A DNA stretch of 62,365 bases, filler included. It is 9 parts of 9 records of this genome, joined end to end, with 100 filler letters (N's around TTAATTAATTAA, not from the genome) between each part and the next. Parts side by side here need not be neighbours in the genome. Positions count along the whole stretch, not along the records: positions 18,188 to 30,225 come from DRR723986_35062; 8 more parts are not named here. One strand, 5' to 3'. Both the position numbers and the translations under genes were made by a program. Below, one piece after another: positions 18,295 to 29,430 of this stretch; within the stretch, counting starts at the first letter, position 1, and each line of letters opens with the position of its first letter. The notes under the pieces are model-generated. The model worked only from the letters and a program-made list of their open reading frames with translations, made no database searches and had not been told where the DNA came from.

Positions 18295-19086
18295 TCACAA
18301 AAAAGCTTTATTCTCACTCGCTTCCTCAATCATTTCCTCTGCGAGATCTTTACCTAGGTATTTATCAATAATGCCATGGGCAACGTAAAGTAGGGGAGTG
18401 AGTACTATCGCAACGGTCATTTTGTAGAGGTAATTCATAATTCCCACTGCAACGATTTGGCTGAGACTCCAGTTGCCAAAAACGTAAAAAGCTATTCCCA
18501 ATACGACGAAAGAATCAATAAACTGGCTAACAAGCGTTGATCCTGTTGCTCTAAGCCAGATCTTATTTTCCCCAGTGACCGCTCTTAGTTTTTGAAAAAC
18601 ATACACATCGATTAACTGGCCAAGTAAGAACGCAGTCAACGAACCGATGATAATTCCTAGTCCTTGACGGAAAATTGTATTGAAGGCATAGCTGATATTG
18701 AAGCTATCTCCATCCGGTGTGGTTGAATTCACATCTAACCAGAAGTCTGCAGGAACCAAATGGGTAACTATCATTATCACGATAAATGCGTATGCAATCA
18801 GTCCAGCCGTAAGAAATGAGATCTTTTTTACACCTTTCTTACCAAAATACTCATTGATTATATCAGTGGTGATAAAAACCACTGGCCAAATAATCGCTCC
18901 AGCTGTCAAATTGAAATCCAATAAATACGCTCCAAAGAAAGTCCAGTTCACCGGATCAAAACCAAGCGTTTTCTCTGCGGAGAAAATCTTCACTCCGATG
19001 ATCTCAGCTAAAATCGCATTGGTCAGGAAGATGCTTCCCAGAATGATAAAAAGATTGGTTTTTTTGGACTCCTGAATGCTGTTCAT
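18295..19086 (-). CDS. yhhQ: Queuosine precursor transporter (YhhQ/VUT family)
   Basis: TM protein with FITTDIINEYFG, IIGSLTAFLLGQLIDV and WLRATGSTLVSQFIDS. Confidence 0.9.
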   Translation of the reverse strand: MNSIQESKKTNLFIILGSIFLTNAILAEIIGVKIFSAEKTLGFDPVNWTFFGAYLLDFNLTAGAIIWPVVFITTDIINEYFGKKGVKKISFLTAGLIAYAFIVIMIVTHLVPADFWLDVNSTTPDGDSFNISYAFNTIFRQGLGIIIGSLTAFLLGQLIDVYVFQKLRAVTGENKIWLRATGSTLVSQFIDSFVVLGIAFYVFGNWSLSQIVAVGIMNYLYKMTVAIVLTPLLYVAHGIIDKYLGKDLAEEMIEEASENKAFL

Positions 19087-20000
19087 ATGGAATAGGATTG
19101 ACCTTCCTCGCTCAAAATACTAGTTGGAAAAACACTCTTGGCTTCCTCCAATAAAGGTTCGAGATTTACATATCTGGAAGAGAAATGTCCCAAAAGCAAC
19201 TTCTTCACTTTGCTCATTTTGGCAATTTCCGCAGCTTGAATTGCTGTACTATGAAAGGTCGTAGCCGCTCTTTCGATATTGTCTTCCATAAAAGTAGATT
19301 CGTGATATAGTAAATCTACATTTTTCAAATATTGTTTCAATTCAGGGTTGAAAATCGTGTCTGAGCAATAAGCATAAGATCTTAAAGGCGGAAGCGGGTG
19401 TGTATACTCCGTTACTTTATAAATCTTTCCATTTTCGTCTTTGTAATTTTCTCCTGATCGAAGTGCCTGAATTGCCGCCAATGGAACGTCAGTTTGCTGC
19501 AGTTTCTCTTTAATCATACTCCTTAATCCATGTTTTTCTCTGATCAAAAAACCAGTAGTAGGAAGTCGATGTTTTAGTGGAAAACTGTAGACTTCATAGC
19601 GCTTGTCTTCCAATAGCAAATTCAATCCATCATCATGCGTTTCTACGAAATTCAGCGGATAGGGGAGCTTGGTGTTGCTATATCGGAAATTGGTAGTGAT
19701 AATTTCATCCAGACCTCGTGGGCCGAAAATAGTAAGGGGCGTAGTGCGTTTTCCTAAACTATAACTTGAGAGCAAGCCTATCAATCCATAGTAATGATCT
19801 CCATGAAGATGTGAGATAAAGATATGGTTGATCTTGGAGACTTTGACCTTGAAAGCGCGAGCCTGCAGCTGCATGGCTTCGCCACAATCGAGCAGTAAAA
19901 AGTCCTGCCCAAATCTAACGACTTGGGCAGTATGATGTCTTCCATGTACAGGGATGGAAGAGGTATTTCCTAATATGGTGACTTCAAAGTCCGGGATCAA
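19083..20000 (-). CDS. rnz: Ribonuclease Z
   Basis: Motifs LLDCGE, HIFISHLHGDH, YCSDT, LLYHESTF, HST, GHFSSRY. Confidence 0.95.
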   Translation of the reverse strand: MIPDFEVTILGNTSSIPVHGRHHTAQVVRFGQDFLLLDCGEAMQLQARAFKVKVSKINHIFISHLHGDHYYGLIGLLSSYSLGKRTTPLTIFGPRGLDEIITTNFRYSNTKLPYPLNFVETHDDGLNLLLEDKRYEVYSFPLKHRLPTTGFLIREKHGLRSMIKEKLQQTDVPLAAIQALRSGENYKDENGKIYKVTEYTHPLPPLRSYAYCSDTIFNPELKQYLKNVDLLYHESTFMEDNIERAATTFHSTAIQAAEIAKMSKVKKLLLGHFSSRYVNLEPLLEEAKSVFPTSILSEEGQSYSI

Positions 20001-20383
20001 CCTTCTTCCTCCTCTTCTTCTTCTTCACCGCTTTCAATTGCATGCATAAAGATGGCTTCGCTTGCCTCTTCAAGAGAGCTCACCAAGTTTAGCTTTTTAT
20101 CAAGCATTGAGATTTTCAACAATTTCATCACGTGATCCTGCACGCCAGAAATGATGAAAACACCACCATTTTTACCAAACTCACGGTCTCCAACTAGCAA
20201 TGCGCTAAGTCCTGAAGAATCCACATATTTCACTTCGCTCATGTCCAAAACAAGATTTTCGAAGCCTTCAGCATGAATCGTCAACAATTCAGACTTTAAA
20301 ACTGGAGCAAGTAAAGAATCCAATTTTTCTTCCTGTGGTGTGAAGATGACGTACTGTTCTTTTTTATCAATTGAATATTTCAT
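19997..20383 (-). CDS. STAS domain anti-sigma factor antagonist
   Basis: LVLDMSEVKYVDSSGLSALL motif and an acidic tail. Confidence 0.9.
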   Translation of the reverse strand: MKYSIDKKEQYVIFTPQEEKLDSLLAPVLKSELLTIHAEGFENLVLDMSEVKYVDSSGLSALLVGDREFGKNGGVFIISGVQDHVMKLLKISMLDKKLNLVSSLEEASEAIFMHAIESGEEEEEEEEG

Positions 20384-20402
20384 AGTATAAATTATTGGGC
20401 TT

Positions 20403-21341
20403 TTAGCCTAGGTGTTTAAGGATTGCTTTTTCAATTCTAGACTCTATTTCTGTTGTGTTTGCTTTTTGGAATTTCTCTCCGGTTATTTTTTCGAAGAGCT
20501 CAATATAGCGATCAGAGATGCTTTCTACAATTTCGTCCGTCATTTCAGGCACAGATTGTCCTTCCTTGCCCTGAAAACCATTGGAAATCAGCCATTGCCT
20601 TACAAATTCCTTTGAAAGCTGTTTCTGCGCAATTCCCTTCGCTTGGTTCTCTTCGTATCCATCTGCGTAGAAATAGCGGGAAGAATCCGGGGTGTGAATT
20701 TCGTCGATCAGAAAAATTTTATCCCCAACTTTTCCGAATTCATACTTAGTATCTACCAAAATCAACCCCATTTCATTGGCCATTTCCTGACCTCTTTGAA
20801 ACAACGCTCTGGTGTATTTTTCTAGTTGCACATAATCCGCTTCACTCACGATTCCTTGTTTTAGAATCTCTTCTCTGGAAATATCCTCGTCGTGTCCTTC
20901 GTCAGCTTTAGTGGTAGGTGTGATGATAGGTTCTGGAAATGGATCATTTTCACGCATATGCTCAGGCATGGCAACGCCACAAATTACACGCTTTCCAGCC
21001 TTATGCTCTCTTGCCGCATGACCCGACATATAGCCACGTATCACCATTTCCACTTTGAAAGGCTCGCATCTCACACCTATGGTCACATTTGGATCGGGAG
21101 TGGAAGTGACCCAGTTAGGCACGATATCGGAAGTAGCAGCAAGGAATTTCGCTGCAATTTGGTTTAACACCTGACCTTTATAGGGAATCGGCTTAGGCAA
21201 TACCACATCAAAGGCTGAAATTCTATCGGATGCAATCACAACCAATTCTTTGTCAAACATATAAACATCGCGAACTTTACCTTTGTAAAATCCTTGCTGT
21301 CCTGGAAATTTAAATTGGGTTTCTTTGATTGCGTTACTCAT
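20403..21341 (-). CDS. purC: SAICAR synthase
   Basis: [42 protein letters not shown]. Confidence 0.96.
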   Translation of the reverse strand: MSNAIKETQFKFPGQQGFYKGKVRDVYMFDKELVVIASDRISAFDVVLPKPIPYKGQVLNQIAAKFLAATSDIVPNWVTSTPDPNVTIGVRCEPFKVEMVIRGYMSGHAAREHKAGKRVICGVAMPEHMRENDPFPEPIITPTTKADEGHDEDISREEILKQGIVSEADYVQLEKYTRALFQRGQEMANEMGLILVDTKYEFGKVGDKIFLIDEIHTPDSSRYFYADGYEENQAKGIAQKQLSKEFVRQWLISNGFQGKEGQSVPEMTDEIVESISDRYIELFEKITGEKFQKANTTEIESRIEKAILKHLG

Positions 21342-21400
21342 CCTTTTATCGTTTGGGCAAAAATAGAAAAAGCTTTGCCTTTCTGCTCTTTCGAGATCTA

Positions 21401-22486
21401 TTATTTATCTGTTTTGTTTCCGTTTTCGTAGAATTCGGTTTTGGTCAGATTCTCATTTTCATCAAAAAACTCTCGCTTTCCGTGTATTTTTCCTTCTTGG
21501 AAGCGTCTGATTTCCTCTAACGAACCATCTTCACGGAATATTCTAACCTCGCCTTGGGCTTTATTATTCAGGTAATTTATCGCAAAATGAACTTGACCGT
21601 TTTCATAGTAATTGATCTCTAATACCAGATTTGCATTTTTATCAAAGGTCTTCTTCTGTTCAATTTCCCCCGATGGATAGTATTTTTCGGTAGGCTGAAT
21701 TGGGATTCCTTTTTTGAAAACTGATTTTTCTCTCACTTTTCCATTTTCGTGATAAGATAGTAACTCACCATCTTCATATCCCTTTTTATAGTTTCCTCTT
21801 CTTTCGGGAGATCCATCTGGATAATTCAATTCATAAACCCCATCCAGCACTCCGTCGGAATAGTCTATGACTGATAATATCTGACCATCTTCATAATATT
21901 GAGTTTCTCTTCCATCTAGTGCTCCATCGGAATAGGTGGCAGTTATAATCAGTTGCCCATTTTCATAAAACTCCTGAAAAAGTCCGTCATAACGACCTGC
22001 TGAGAAATATACCTTCGAAGCTTGCTTTCCAGACTCGTAAAAGGTCTCGCTGAGGCCATTTGGTTTATTTGCGATAAAGTTAGTTTTGTCTCTGACTTGC
22101 CCAGTTTCATAGTAGGTAATTACCTCCCCGACAATCTGATTGTCTAAATAGGTAGAAGTTTGTTTTAGCTTTCCATCTGGGAAAAAACTCTTTGAGACAC
22201 CTTCCCTAATATTATTTATAAATGGAGTAATTCTTAACGTGTCACCAGTCGCTGGATGCAAATCAGCAAAAATCCCATTCTTTTGTCCGTTTTTTAATTG
22301 GCCGATTTGAATAATATTTCCTTCTTCGTCATAGCGTATGATTTCACCATTTGCCTGACCATTTACTGTGAAATATATTTCTTTGACCAAGGTTTGCTCT
22401 TCATCGTAATACGTGCGAATAGTGTCCTGAGCCTTTGTGAATTGGGCAATAGAGCAGTAAAAAACAAGTAAGAGGAGTTTGTTCAT
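21401..22486 (-). CDS. Secreted MORN_2-repeat (YwqK-like) protein
   Basis: Signal peptide plus many G...YYENGQ-type repeats. Confidence 0.85.
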   Translation of the reverse strand: MNKLLLLVFYCSIAQFTKAQDTIRTYYDEEQTLVKEIYFTVNGQANGEIIRYDEEGNIIQIGQLKNGQKNGIFADLHPATGDTLRITPFINNIREGVSKSFFPDGKLKQTSTYLDNQIVGEVITYYETGQVRDKTNFIANKPNGLSETFYESGKQASKVYFSAGRYDGLFQEFYENGQLIITATYSDGALDGRETQYYEDGQILSVIDYSDGVLDGVYELNYPDGSPERRGNYKKGYEDGELLSYHENGKVREKSVFKKGIPIQPTEKYYPSGEIEQKKTFDKNANLVLEINYYENGQVHFAINYLNNKAQGEVRIFREDGSLEEIRRFQEGKIHGKREFFDENENLTKTEFYENGNKTDK

Positions 22487-22491
22487 AGGAT

Positions 22492-22524
22492 AAAAAGAAA
22501 CCTCAAGACTGATTGCCTTGAGGT
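22492..22524 (-). terminator. Intrinsic terminator after the thiolase gene
   Basis: Minus strand reads ACCTCAAG-GCAATCAGT-CTTGAGGT-TTCTTTTT. Confidence 0.65.
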
Positions 22525-22542
22525 CAAAAGATAAATTTCGGC

Positions 22543-23724
22543 TTACATTTTTTCAATGACAATAGCAGACGCCCCGCCACCGCCATTGCATATGCCAGCT
22601 ACGCCGATTTTGCCATTTTTCTGATGTAGAACAGAATTTAATGTGCTGATTATTCTTGCTCCTGAAGCTCCTAATGGATGTCCTAAAGATACAGCACCAC
22701 CAAATACGTTTACTTTATCATTGTCCAGGTTTAGTTCTTGTTGATTAGCTAAAGCTACGGCGGAGAAGGCTTCATTGATTTCATAAAAATCTATGTCCTC
22801 AGTAGTTAACCCAGCGTGCTTGATAGCTTTCGGAATGGCTAGGGCAGGAGCAGTGGTAAACCAAAGTGGGTCTTTCGCAGCATCTGCAAAACCTCTAATC
22901 TTCGCCAAAGGCTTTAAACCTAATTCCTCGGCTTTTTCCTTGCTCACCAATACTAATGCTGAAGCTCCATCATTCATCGTGGAAGCATTGGCAGCGGTAA
23001 CTGTTCCCTCTTTGTCGAATACGGGTCTAAGGGAAGGGATTTTATCAAACATTACGTTCTTATATTCCTCATCCTCATCGATCACGATTGTTTCGCCTTT
23101 TCTGCCTTTCATTTCCACCGGAACCACTTCATCTTTGAAGTAACCTTTAGCCCATGAATCGGCAGATCTTTGATAAGATTGGATAGCATATGCATCCTGA
23201 GCCTCTCTGGAAATGTTCATCTCTTTGGCAGTATTATCCGCACAGTTTCCCATCGGGAATTTATTATATACTTCGAACAGGCCATCTTTCACCAATCCAT
23301 CCACGAATTCAGCATTGCCATATTTGTAACCAAATCTTGCCTTTGGTACATAAAAAGGCACATTAGACATGCTTTCCATACCACCTGCTACAACAACGTC
23401 ATTGATTCCAAGCATAATAGACTGAGCGCCAAACATCACCGCTTTCATGCCGGAGGCACAAACTTTATTGACGGTGGTACAAGGGACATTATAAGGAATA
23501 CCAGCTGCTAAAGAGGCTTGACGTGCAGGAGCTTGTCCAAGATTAGCGGAAATTACATTTCCCATAAAAACTTCCTGAACTGATTCTGCTGTAACGCCGG
23601 CTTTTTCCAAAGCTCCTTTAATGGCGGTGCTGCCTAATTCTATTGCTGTCAAACCAGCTAATTTCCCGCCGAAACTTCCTAAAGGTGTTCTTACAGCGGA
23701 AACGATATATACTTCTTTAATCAT
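22543..23724 (-). CDS. Acetyl-CoA C-acetyltransferase (thiolase)
   Basis: NKVCASG, EINEAF, GHPLGASG, ICNGGGGA. Confidence 0.96.
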   Translation of the reverse strand: MIKEVYIVSAVRTPLGSFGGKLAGLTAIELGSTAIKGALEKAGVTAESVQEVFMGNVISANLGQAPARQASLAAGIPYNVPCTTVNKVCASGMKAVMFGAQSIMLGINDVVVAGGMESMSNVPFYVPKARFGYKYGNAEFVDGLVKDGLFEVYNKFPMGNCADNTAKEMNISREAQDAYAIQSYQRSADSWAKGYFKDEVVPVEMKGRKGETIVIDEDEEYKNVMFDKIPSLRPVFDKEGTVTAANASTMNDGASALVLVSKEKAEELGLKPLAKIRGFADAAKDPLWFTTAPALAIPKAIKHAGLTTEDIDFYEINEAFSAVALANQQELNLDNDKVNVFGGAVSLGHPLGASGARIISTLNSVLHQKNGKIGVAGICNGGGGASAIVIEKM

Positions 23725-23750
23725 AGTTATTTGGGTTTTGATTTTAGGTC

Positions 23751-23810
23751 AGAAGACCGAAGACAGAAGACCGAAGCCACTTCCGTCTCCCGTCTTCTAG
23801 CTTCGGTCTT
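23751..23810. repeat. Inverted pair of heptamer tandem arrays
   Basis: AGAAGAC-CGAAGAC-AGAAGAC-CGAAGCC followed by CTTCCGT-CTCCCGT-CTTCTAG-CTTCGGT. Similar heptamers occur at the contig start, 18188-18208. Confidence 0.75.
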
Positions 23811-23816
23811 GCTATT

Positions 23817-24446
23817 TTACCAATCAGGAATCCCTCTCTTAGGTCTCTCTGTAGCTTTTTTCTTGTTTTGTTGGATATACCGCAATTCTGCAGCATTCAT
23901 ACTTTCCAGTATTTGTGCAGCTTGCTCAGGAGTCAGGTTCATAGCTTTTAACTTCTCCTTAAACTCCTCCATAGCCTTTTGTTTGTCAGCTAGATTGGCA
24001 TCTTTTTGATCGTTGGAATTTTCTCCAGGCTTATCCTCACTTTGCTCGGTGGGATCGCCGGATTGAGATTCTTTGGCTTTATCCTCATTGGTTTTTTCTC
24101 CATCCTCTTTTTGCTCCTGCTGCTCGCCATCCTCTCCTTGTTGAGAATTGTCTTTTTGCTCCTGCTTTTCTTCCTGGTTCTGCTGGTCTTGATTCTCTTG
24201 GTTTTGTTGATCTTGCTTTTCTTGCTCTTCCTTATCTTTTTCCAGCTTTTCTTTAAGTGCTTGGAGCTTTGGGTCTCCAGGATATTTGGTCAAGCCATCG
24301 TTTACCGTCGCTAATGCCTGATCCTTTTCAGTTTTGACATAGGAACGTGCGGCTCGATTAAAGTATTCGCCTGAAGTTTGTGCTATGCTTGTGGAAATAC
24401 TTAAGCTGAAAGCAATTCCCAGAAGTAATAGAAGTTTATTTCTCAT
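23817..24446 (-). CDS. Secreted Gln/Glu-rich protein (BatC C-terminal-like)
   Basis: Signal peptide, low-complexity Q/E/N linker, LTPEQAAQILES and a terminal DW. Confidence 0.6.
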   Translation of the reverse strand: MRNKLLLLLGIAFSLSISTSIAQTSGEYFNRAARSYVKTEKDQALATVNDGLTKYPGDPKLQALKEKLEKDKEEQEKQDQQNQENQDQQNQEEKQEQKDNSQQGEDGEQQEQKEDGEKTNEDKAKESQSGDPTEQSEDKPGENSNDQKDANLADKQKAMEEFKEKLKAMNLTPEQAAQILESMNAAELRYIQQNKKKATERPKRGIPDW

Positions 24447-25080
24447 CGATTTCATTGATTTCTTGAAGACTCGTCATAAAATCTTGATATGCATCAACGG
24501 TTTCATCTTGAAGTCTAGCTTCATTCATTAGGTTCAACGCATCTTTGAAGCGGAATTGTTCCACTAGCCTATCTGCCTCTGCTTTCTTACGCTTCGCAAA
24601 TTCTGATGGTTCGGGCTTATTTTGATCTTCATTCTTGCGCTCCTCATCACGTTGCAACCACCTTGCCAGTAATTCATAATTGTATCTGGCTACTTCGTTA
24701 TTAGGATCTTGAATCAACGCAGATTTAAATTTGGAGAGAGCAGGCTCGTATTCCTTTTTATCTCCTAGTAAAACGCCTCCTTGATTGTATGCGAAAGAAG
24801 CGAGCATCTTATTTGGCGCTATTGAAGCTTTGTCGTAATAGCCTGCTGCTTCTTCCACTTTCTCAGCAAATTGATTGCTTAATCCGAGATTGTAATCCAG
24901 CTCTGGAGAAGTGTACCCAAATTCATCAACAAGGACCTGATGGTTGATAATTGACTGCTCGTATTCAGCTTTTGCATAGCTTTCTCCTGCCAAATCTATG
25001 GCGGAATTCAACCTGGATACACGAGTCCAAGATGCGGGAATCAGAAGAAAAACTGCCAATGTTAGCTTACTCCAACTCAT
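24436..25080 (-). CDS. TPR-containing protein (BatC-like)
   Basis: DYNLGL, AYNQGGV, ALIQDPNNEVARYNYEL. Confidence 0.7.
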   Translation of the reverse strand: MSWSKLTLAVFLLIPASWTRVSRLNSAIDLAGESYAKAEYEQSIINHQVLVDEFGYTSPELDYNLGLSNQFAEKVEEAAGYYDKASIAPNKMLASFAYNQGGVLLGDKKEYEPALSKFKSALIQDPNNEVARYNYELLARWLQRDEERKNEDQNKPEPSEFAKRKKAEADRLVEQFRFKDALNLMNEARLQDETVDAYQDFMTSLQEINEIDEK

Positions 25081-26046
25081 TTATAGTTTGATAGTTTTGA
25101 TCGGTAAAATCATATCTAGCATAGAAAGAACTAAGCCAGCTAATAAGAAATAGAAGTACTTATTTGCGGAAGCTTCCACCACTCTAGAACCAGTTACACC
25201 GCCTTCTACGCGTTCTATTGCTGCTATTAAATCACCAATTTCCTGCACTTCATCTGATATCTCAAAGTACTGACCATTTGTTTCGGAGGCAATTTGCTGT
25301 AGCGGAGCTCGGTCAAGAACAGTTTGGGCTGGTTTTCCAGTTTGTGGATCTATTACCAAGCCATTTCCTCTTGGAATGCTACTTCCCCCCTCAGTTCCAA
25401 TGCCAAGTGAAAACACTTTTATTCCTTCACTATTCAACCGGGAGCCGATTTCGTCCAAATCATCTCCAAAGTTTTCTCCATCAGAGATCAAAATGATTGT
25501 TTTGGATTTCACTTCCTGACTTTCATCATTCAAGAATCTTTCTTCAGCCATTTTCAATGGACCATTCAAATCGGTGCCAAAGTTCGGGACCAAACCCGTA
25601 TTCAATCCATCAATATATAATTGAAGTACGCTTTGATCGAAGGTAAGGGGGCATTGCATAAATGCTTCCGAACTGAAAATAATCAGTCCAATTCTATCTG
25701 AAGGAAAGCTTTTGGTAAGATTTTTTAGCTCAAACTTAATTCGCTGAAGGCGACTTGGTCCGATATCAGGGGCATTCATCGATTGGGACAAATCCACAGC
25801 AATGAAGATGTCTTTTCCTTCTTCCTGTATTTCTTTCAATGAAGTTCCTATGGATGGACCTGCAAAAGCGATCAGGAATAACACAAAATAGACAGTCCTG
25901 ATGACCACCTTAGTGAATAGCCTGCGCTTTTCCACCACCAGTTTTCGATTAATCTTCCAGTAGCGAAATAGATAAATAAAATATAGCAAACCGAATATGC
26001 CGGCTAGCAAGAGGGTGAGTTTTACGTCCGGATATGCCCAAATCAT
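25081..26046 (-). CDS. VWA domain membrane protein (BatB-like)
   Basis: MIDAS motif DLSQSM, DRIGLIIFS, ILISDGE, with N- and C-terminal TM helices. Confidence 0.88.
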   Translation of the reverse strand: MIWAYPDVKLTLLLAGIFGLLYFIYLFRYWKINRKLVVEKRRLFTKVVIRTVYFVLFLIAFAGPSIGTSLKEIQEEGKDIFIAVDLSQSMNAPDIGPSRLQRIKFELKNLTKSFPSDRIGLIIFSSEAFMQCPLTFDQSVLQLYIDGLNTGLVPNFGTDLNGPLKMAEERFLNDESQEVKSKTIILISDGENFGDDLDEIGSRLNSEGIKVFSLGIGTEGGSSIPRGNGLVIDPQTGKPAQTVLDRAPLQQIASETNGQYFEISDEVQEIGDLIAAIERVEGGVTGSRVVEASANKYFYFLLAGLVLSMLDMILPIKTIKL

Positions 26047-26189
26047 AGCCTGAAATTATAAAATAAAGATTACTTTAAAAGGAAGAATGCTATAAGTGGT
26101 GAAGGTAAATTCAAATGTTATTGATAATTAACAAACATTAATTTTTTTGAATCGTCTAATTTTGAGATTACAATTCAAATAAACGAAGG

Positions 26190-28592
26190 ATGGAGCCATC
26201 AGGCAAGCGGAATAAATTCATTTTACTTTCTTTTTTCATTTTACTGTTTTGCAGTGCCAGCGCTCAGGAAACTAGCTTTTTCTCCGCTGAAGTCTTGGAT
26301 GTGACGAATACTTCGCCTCTTCCAGGAGCTAGCGTCTATTGGGAGAATGATATTTCATCAGGAGTAGTTTCCGATATCAATGGAGTATTTCGGATTGAAA
26401 TAAAACCTTTACCGGCTCGCCTGATTGTTTCTTTTATAGGGTATGAAACTTCTACTCGTGTCATTACTTCCAAAGACTTGGAGAAAACGCAGCGTTTTTT
26501 CCTCAAGCCCGAAGAAATGTCACTCGACGAAATCATAATCCAAGAAAGAAGGCCTGATGAACAAGTGAGAAATATGGAGACAGGCAAGGCTACAATCCCA
26601 ATAGCTACTATCAAAAATATTCCAGCACTTTTTGGCGAAGTTGATTTGCTGAGAAGTTTGCAGCTGTTACCTGGAGTGCAGACAGCCGGTGAAGGGACTA
26701 CAGGCTTGTTTGTGAGGGGAGGCTCGGCAGATCAGAATTTAGTGCAATTGGATGGGGCGCCTATCTATAATCCTTCGCACTTCTTTGGCTTCTTTTCGGT
26801 CTTTAATCCTGATGCGATCGATCAAGTTGAGCTTTACAAAGGGAATATGCCGGCTTCCTTTGGGGGAAGACTATCTTCTCTTATAGATGTGACCTTGCGG
26901 GAAGGAAATAATGAGCAAATCCATGGGGAAGGAGGAATAGGAAGTATTTCTTCGCGATTGACTTTGGATGGGCCTTTGTTTTCTGATAAATCTACTTTTG
27001 TCATTTCTGGTAGAAGGACTTATGCTGACTTGTTTTTGAAGCTTTCCAATGATAAAGACCTCCGAAACAATAAGCTCAATTTTCACGATTTGAGTGGGAA
27101 ATTATCATTTATTTTAAGTGAAAAAGATAAGCTAACAGTTTCCAGCTATCAAGGGAGTGATTTTTTGGGACTTGACGATCAATTTGGTTTGGGTTGGACC
27201 AACTGGATTTCCTCAGCTCAATGGAGTAGAAATATCTCCGAAAAGCTATTCTTTGATTTACAGGGGTATCATTCCCTCTATAACTACCAAGTTGAATTTG
27301 ATGATCCCAATACAGGTTTTGAATGGAAAAATAAACTATCAGAAACGGGCCTAAAAGGGCAGTGGACCTTGCTGACTAGTGATAAGATCCAAAGCTATTG
27401 GGGATTCCAAAGTCAGCTGTATCATTTTGCTCCTATAGAATTGAATCCTGCAGCTGATAGTAACATACAGCCTATAGTGACCAATCCGAAAAATGGATTT
27501 TTGAACAGTGCTTTCGCAGGTGTTACTTACGAGCTCACTCCTAAATTGAGCACCGAAGCTGGACTTAGATGGGGATTTTTCAACCAAATAGGAAAAGGCG
27601 TGGACTATATTTATGAAAATTCTATCGTTGGGCCAGACAGCCCTGTAATAGATACGGTGAATTATAGTACACTTGAGAATATAAAATTTTATCAGGGGTT
27701 AGAGCCACGTATCGCCTTTCGTTATTTAATTAATGATGAATTCTCCTTGAAGGCGGCGTATAATCGCAATTTCCAATATGTACAAATAGCTTCAAATTCC
27801 TCAGCAGGTCTTCCCATCGACCGATGGATTTTGGCAGGAACATATGTTCCACCGATTCGATCAGATCAGGTTTCTTTGGGCTTATTTAGGAATTTCGACG
27901 AAAACCGTTGGGAATTTTCTGTGGAAGGGTATTACAAAGATCTGCAAAATGTCATAGACCTAAGAAATGGAGCTCAAGTGTTGTTTACAGATAATGTGGA
28001 AACAGAACTTCTCACAGGAAAAGGTTGGTCTTATGGTGCTGAGTTTTTATTGAGAAAAAATATTGGAAGAACTACTGGATGGTTAGCCTATACTTACTCC
28101 AGGACTTGGAGGAAAATAACTGACATCTCTCAGGGGCAGAAATACAATCCTCGATTTGATAGACCTCATGACATCACACTGGTCTTGAATCATGAGTTTT
28201 CTCCTTCTTGGTCGGCCGGTCTTACTTTCATATATACCACTGGGCAGGCAGTGTCCTTTCCGATTGGTGTATATGATTTAGATAATCAATCTGTTCCCTT
28301 GTATTCAGATTACAGAAATGAAGACCGTTTTCCGGATTATCACCGAATGGACGCTTCGGTCACTTGGAAAAATGCTGACAAAGGGAGGAAATGGAAGGGG
28401 AGTTGGAACTTCTCTGTTTATAATCTGTATGGAAGAAAAAACCCATTTGCATATGAATTCAGAGAGATTTATAATGATGACTTCAGATATGACAGCAGTG
28501 AAGACGGTCCAATAGTTTCAACCCGCCAAGGCATAGTAATGACTTACCTCTTCACATTTTTACCATCAATCACCTATAATTTTCAGTTTTAA
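26190..28592 (+). CDS. TonB-dependent receptor with CarboxypepD_reg-like N-terminal domain
   Basis: LPGASV, SFIGYE, plug LQLLPGV...VRGGSADQNL, C-terminal TYNFQF. Confidence 0.93.
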   Translation: MEPSGKRNKFILLSFFILLFCSASAQETSFFSAEVLDVTNTSPLPGASVYWENDISSGVVSDINGVFRIEIKPLPARLIVSFIGYETSTRVITSKDLEKTQRFFLKPEEMSLDEIIIQERRPDEQVRNMETGKATIPIATIKNIPALFGEVDLLRSLQLLPGVQTAGEGTTGLFVRGGSADQNLVQLDGAPIYNPSHFFGFFSVFNPDAIDQVELYKGNMPASFGGRLSSLIDVTLREGNNEQIHGEGGIGSISSRLTLDGPLFSDKSTFVISGRRTYADLFLKLSNDKDLRNNKLNFHDLSGKLSFILSEKDKLTVSSYQGSDFLGLDDQFGLGWTNWISSAQWSRNISEKLFFDLQGYHSLYNYQVEFDDPNTGFEWKNKLSETGLKGQWTLLTSDKIQSYWGFQSQLYHFAPIELNPAADSNIQPIVTNPKNGFLNSAFAGVTYELTPKLSTEAGLRWGFFNQIGKGVDYIYENSIVGPDSPVIDTVNYSTLENIKFYQGLEPRIAFRYLINDEFSLKAAYNRNFQYVQIASNSSAGLPIDRWILAGTYVPPIRSDQVSLGLFRNFDENRWEFSVEGYYKDLQNVIDLRNGAQVLFTDNVETELLTGKGWSYGAEFLLRKNIGRTTGWLAYTYSRTWRKITDISQGQKYNPRFDRPHDITLVLNHEFSPSWSAGLTFIYTTGQAVSFPIGVYDLDNQSVPLYSDYRNEDRFPDYHRMDASVTWKNADKGRKWKGSWNFSVYNLYGRKNPFAYEFREIYNDDFRYDSSEDGPIVSTRQGIVMTYLFTFLPSITYNFQF

Positions 28593-28593
28593 C

Positions 28594-29430
28594 ATGAAGA
28601 GATTTTGGATCTTGATACTAGCAATAGCTGCTTTTTCCTGTCAGGAAGAAGTGTTCTTGCCTTTGGCGACTATTGATGGGGATGTGCCAGTGATAGAGGC
28701 TACTTGGACAGATAATAGCTATTACAATGAAGTCCGTGTCTCACTGGCTGAGGATTATTTTGACACCTTGGAGACTCAGGTAATATCTGATGCGGAGGTA
28801 TTTATATTTGAAGAAGGGAGCGCTCGTAAAATCCCTTTCGCTTATAATGTGTATTCAAATAGCTATTTGCCACTAAATTCCGGAGAGAAAGCAGAGGTGG
28901 GGGAGAAGTATCAGCTTACTGTGCGTTGGAATAATAATGTGTTCACGTCATCAGGTACTCTTTTGGCTCCTCCTACTGTGGATAGTGTTACTTATGAATA
29001 CCAAGAAGAAAGGCTTTTTAGAGATGAAGGCTATTACATTAAAGTCTATGGGGAAATCCCGTTTGAAACAGATAATTATTATAGAATCAGAGTAATTGAG
29101 AATGATACCTTAAAGAATAATAGGGATGATTATTTGCTTTTTGACGACACATTTGGGTTAAAATTTTTTGAGGAGGGGCTGGAGCTGAATTATTCCTTTG
29201 ACGAAGGGGATAAAATCAGGCTTGAGCTTTTTAGAATGAATGATAGTTCCTATGAATATTTAACTCAATTGGTCAACTTACTCTATAATGACGGTGGTTT
29301 GTTCTCACCTCCTCCACAAAATCCAACTTCAAATATTCTAGTGGAAAGTGGTGATTCTGAGGTGTTGGGGTTTTTTAATGTGGCGTCTGTGCTTACTAGA
29401 ACTATCACAATTGAAGATGACAAAGAGTAG
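28594..29430 (+). CDS. DUF4249-like lipoprotein
   Basis: Lipobox AFSC, PPPQNPTSNI and VLGFFNVA. Follows the TonB receptor directly. Confidence 0.8.
   Translation: MKRFWILILAIAAFSCQEEVFLPLATIDGDVPVIEATWTDNSYYNEVRVSLAEDYFDTLETQVISDAEVFIFEEGSARKIPFAYNVYSNSYLPLNSGEKAEVGEKYQLTVRWNNNVFTSSGTLLAPPTVDSVTYEYQEERLFRDEGYYIKVYGEIPFETDNYYRIRVIENDTLKNNRDDYLLFDDTFGLKFFEEGLELNYSFDEGDKIRLELFRMNDSSYEYLTQLVNLLYNDGGLFSPPPQNPTSNILVESGDSEVLGFFNVASVLTRTITIEDDKE

Noticed and set aside
19083-19140. preQ1 riboswitch upstream of yhhQ
   Set aside because: The yhhQ start overlaps the rnz stop, leaving no leader.
21401-22486. YwqK-type antitoxin of a toxin-antitoxin pair
   Set aside because: It is a generic MORN_2-repeat exported protein among housekeeping genes, with no adjacent toxin.
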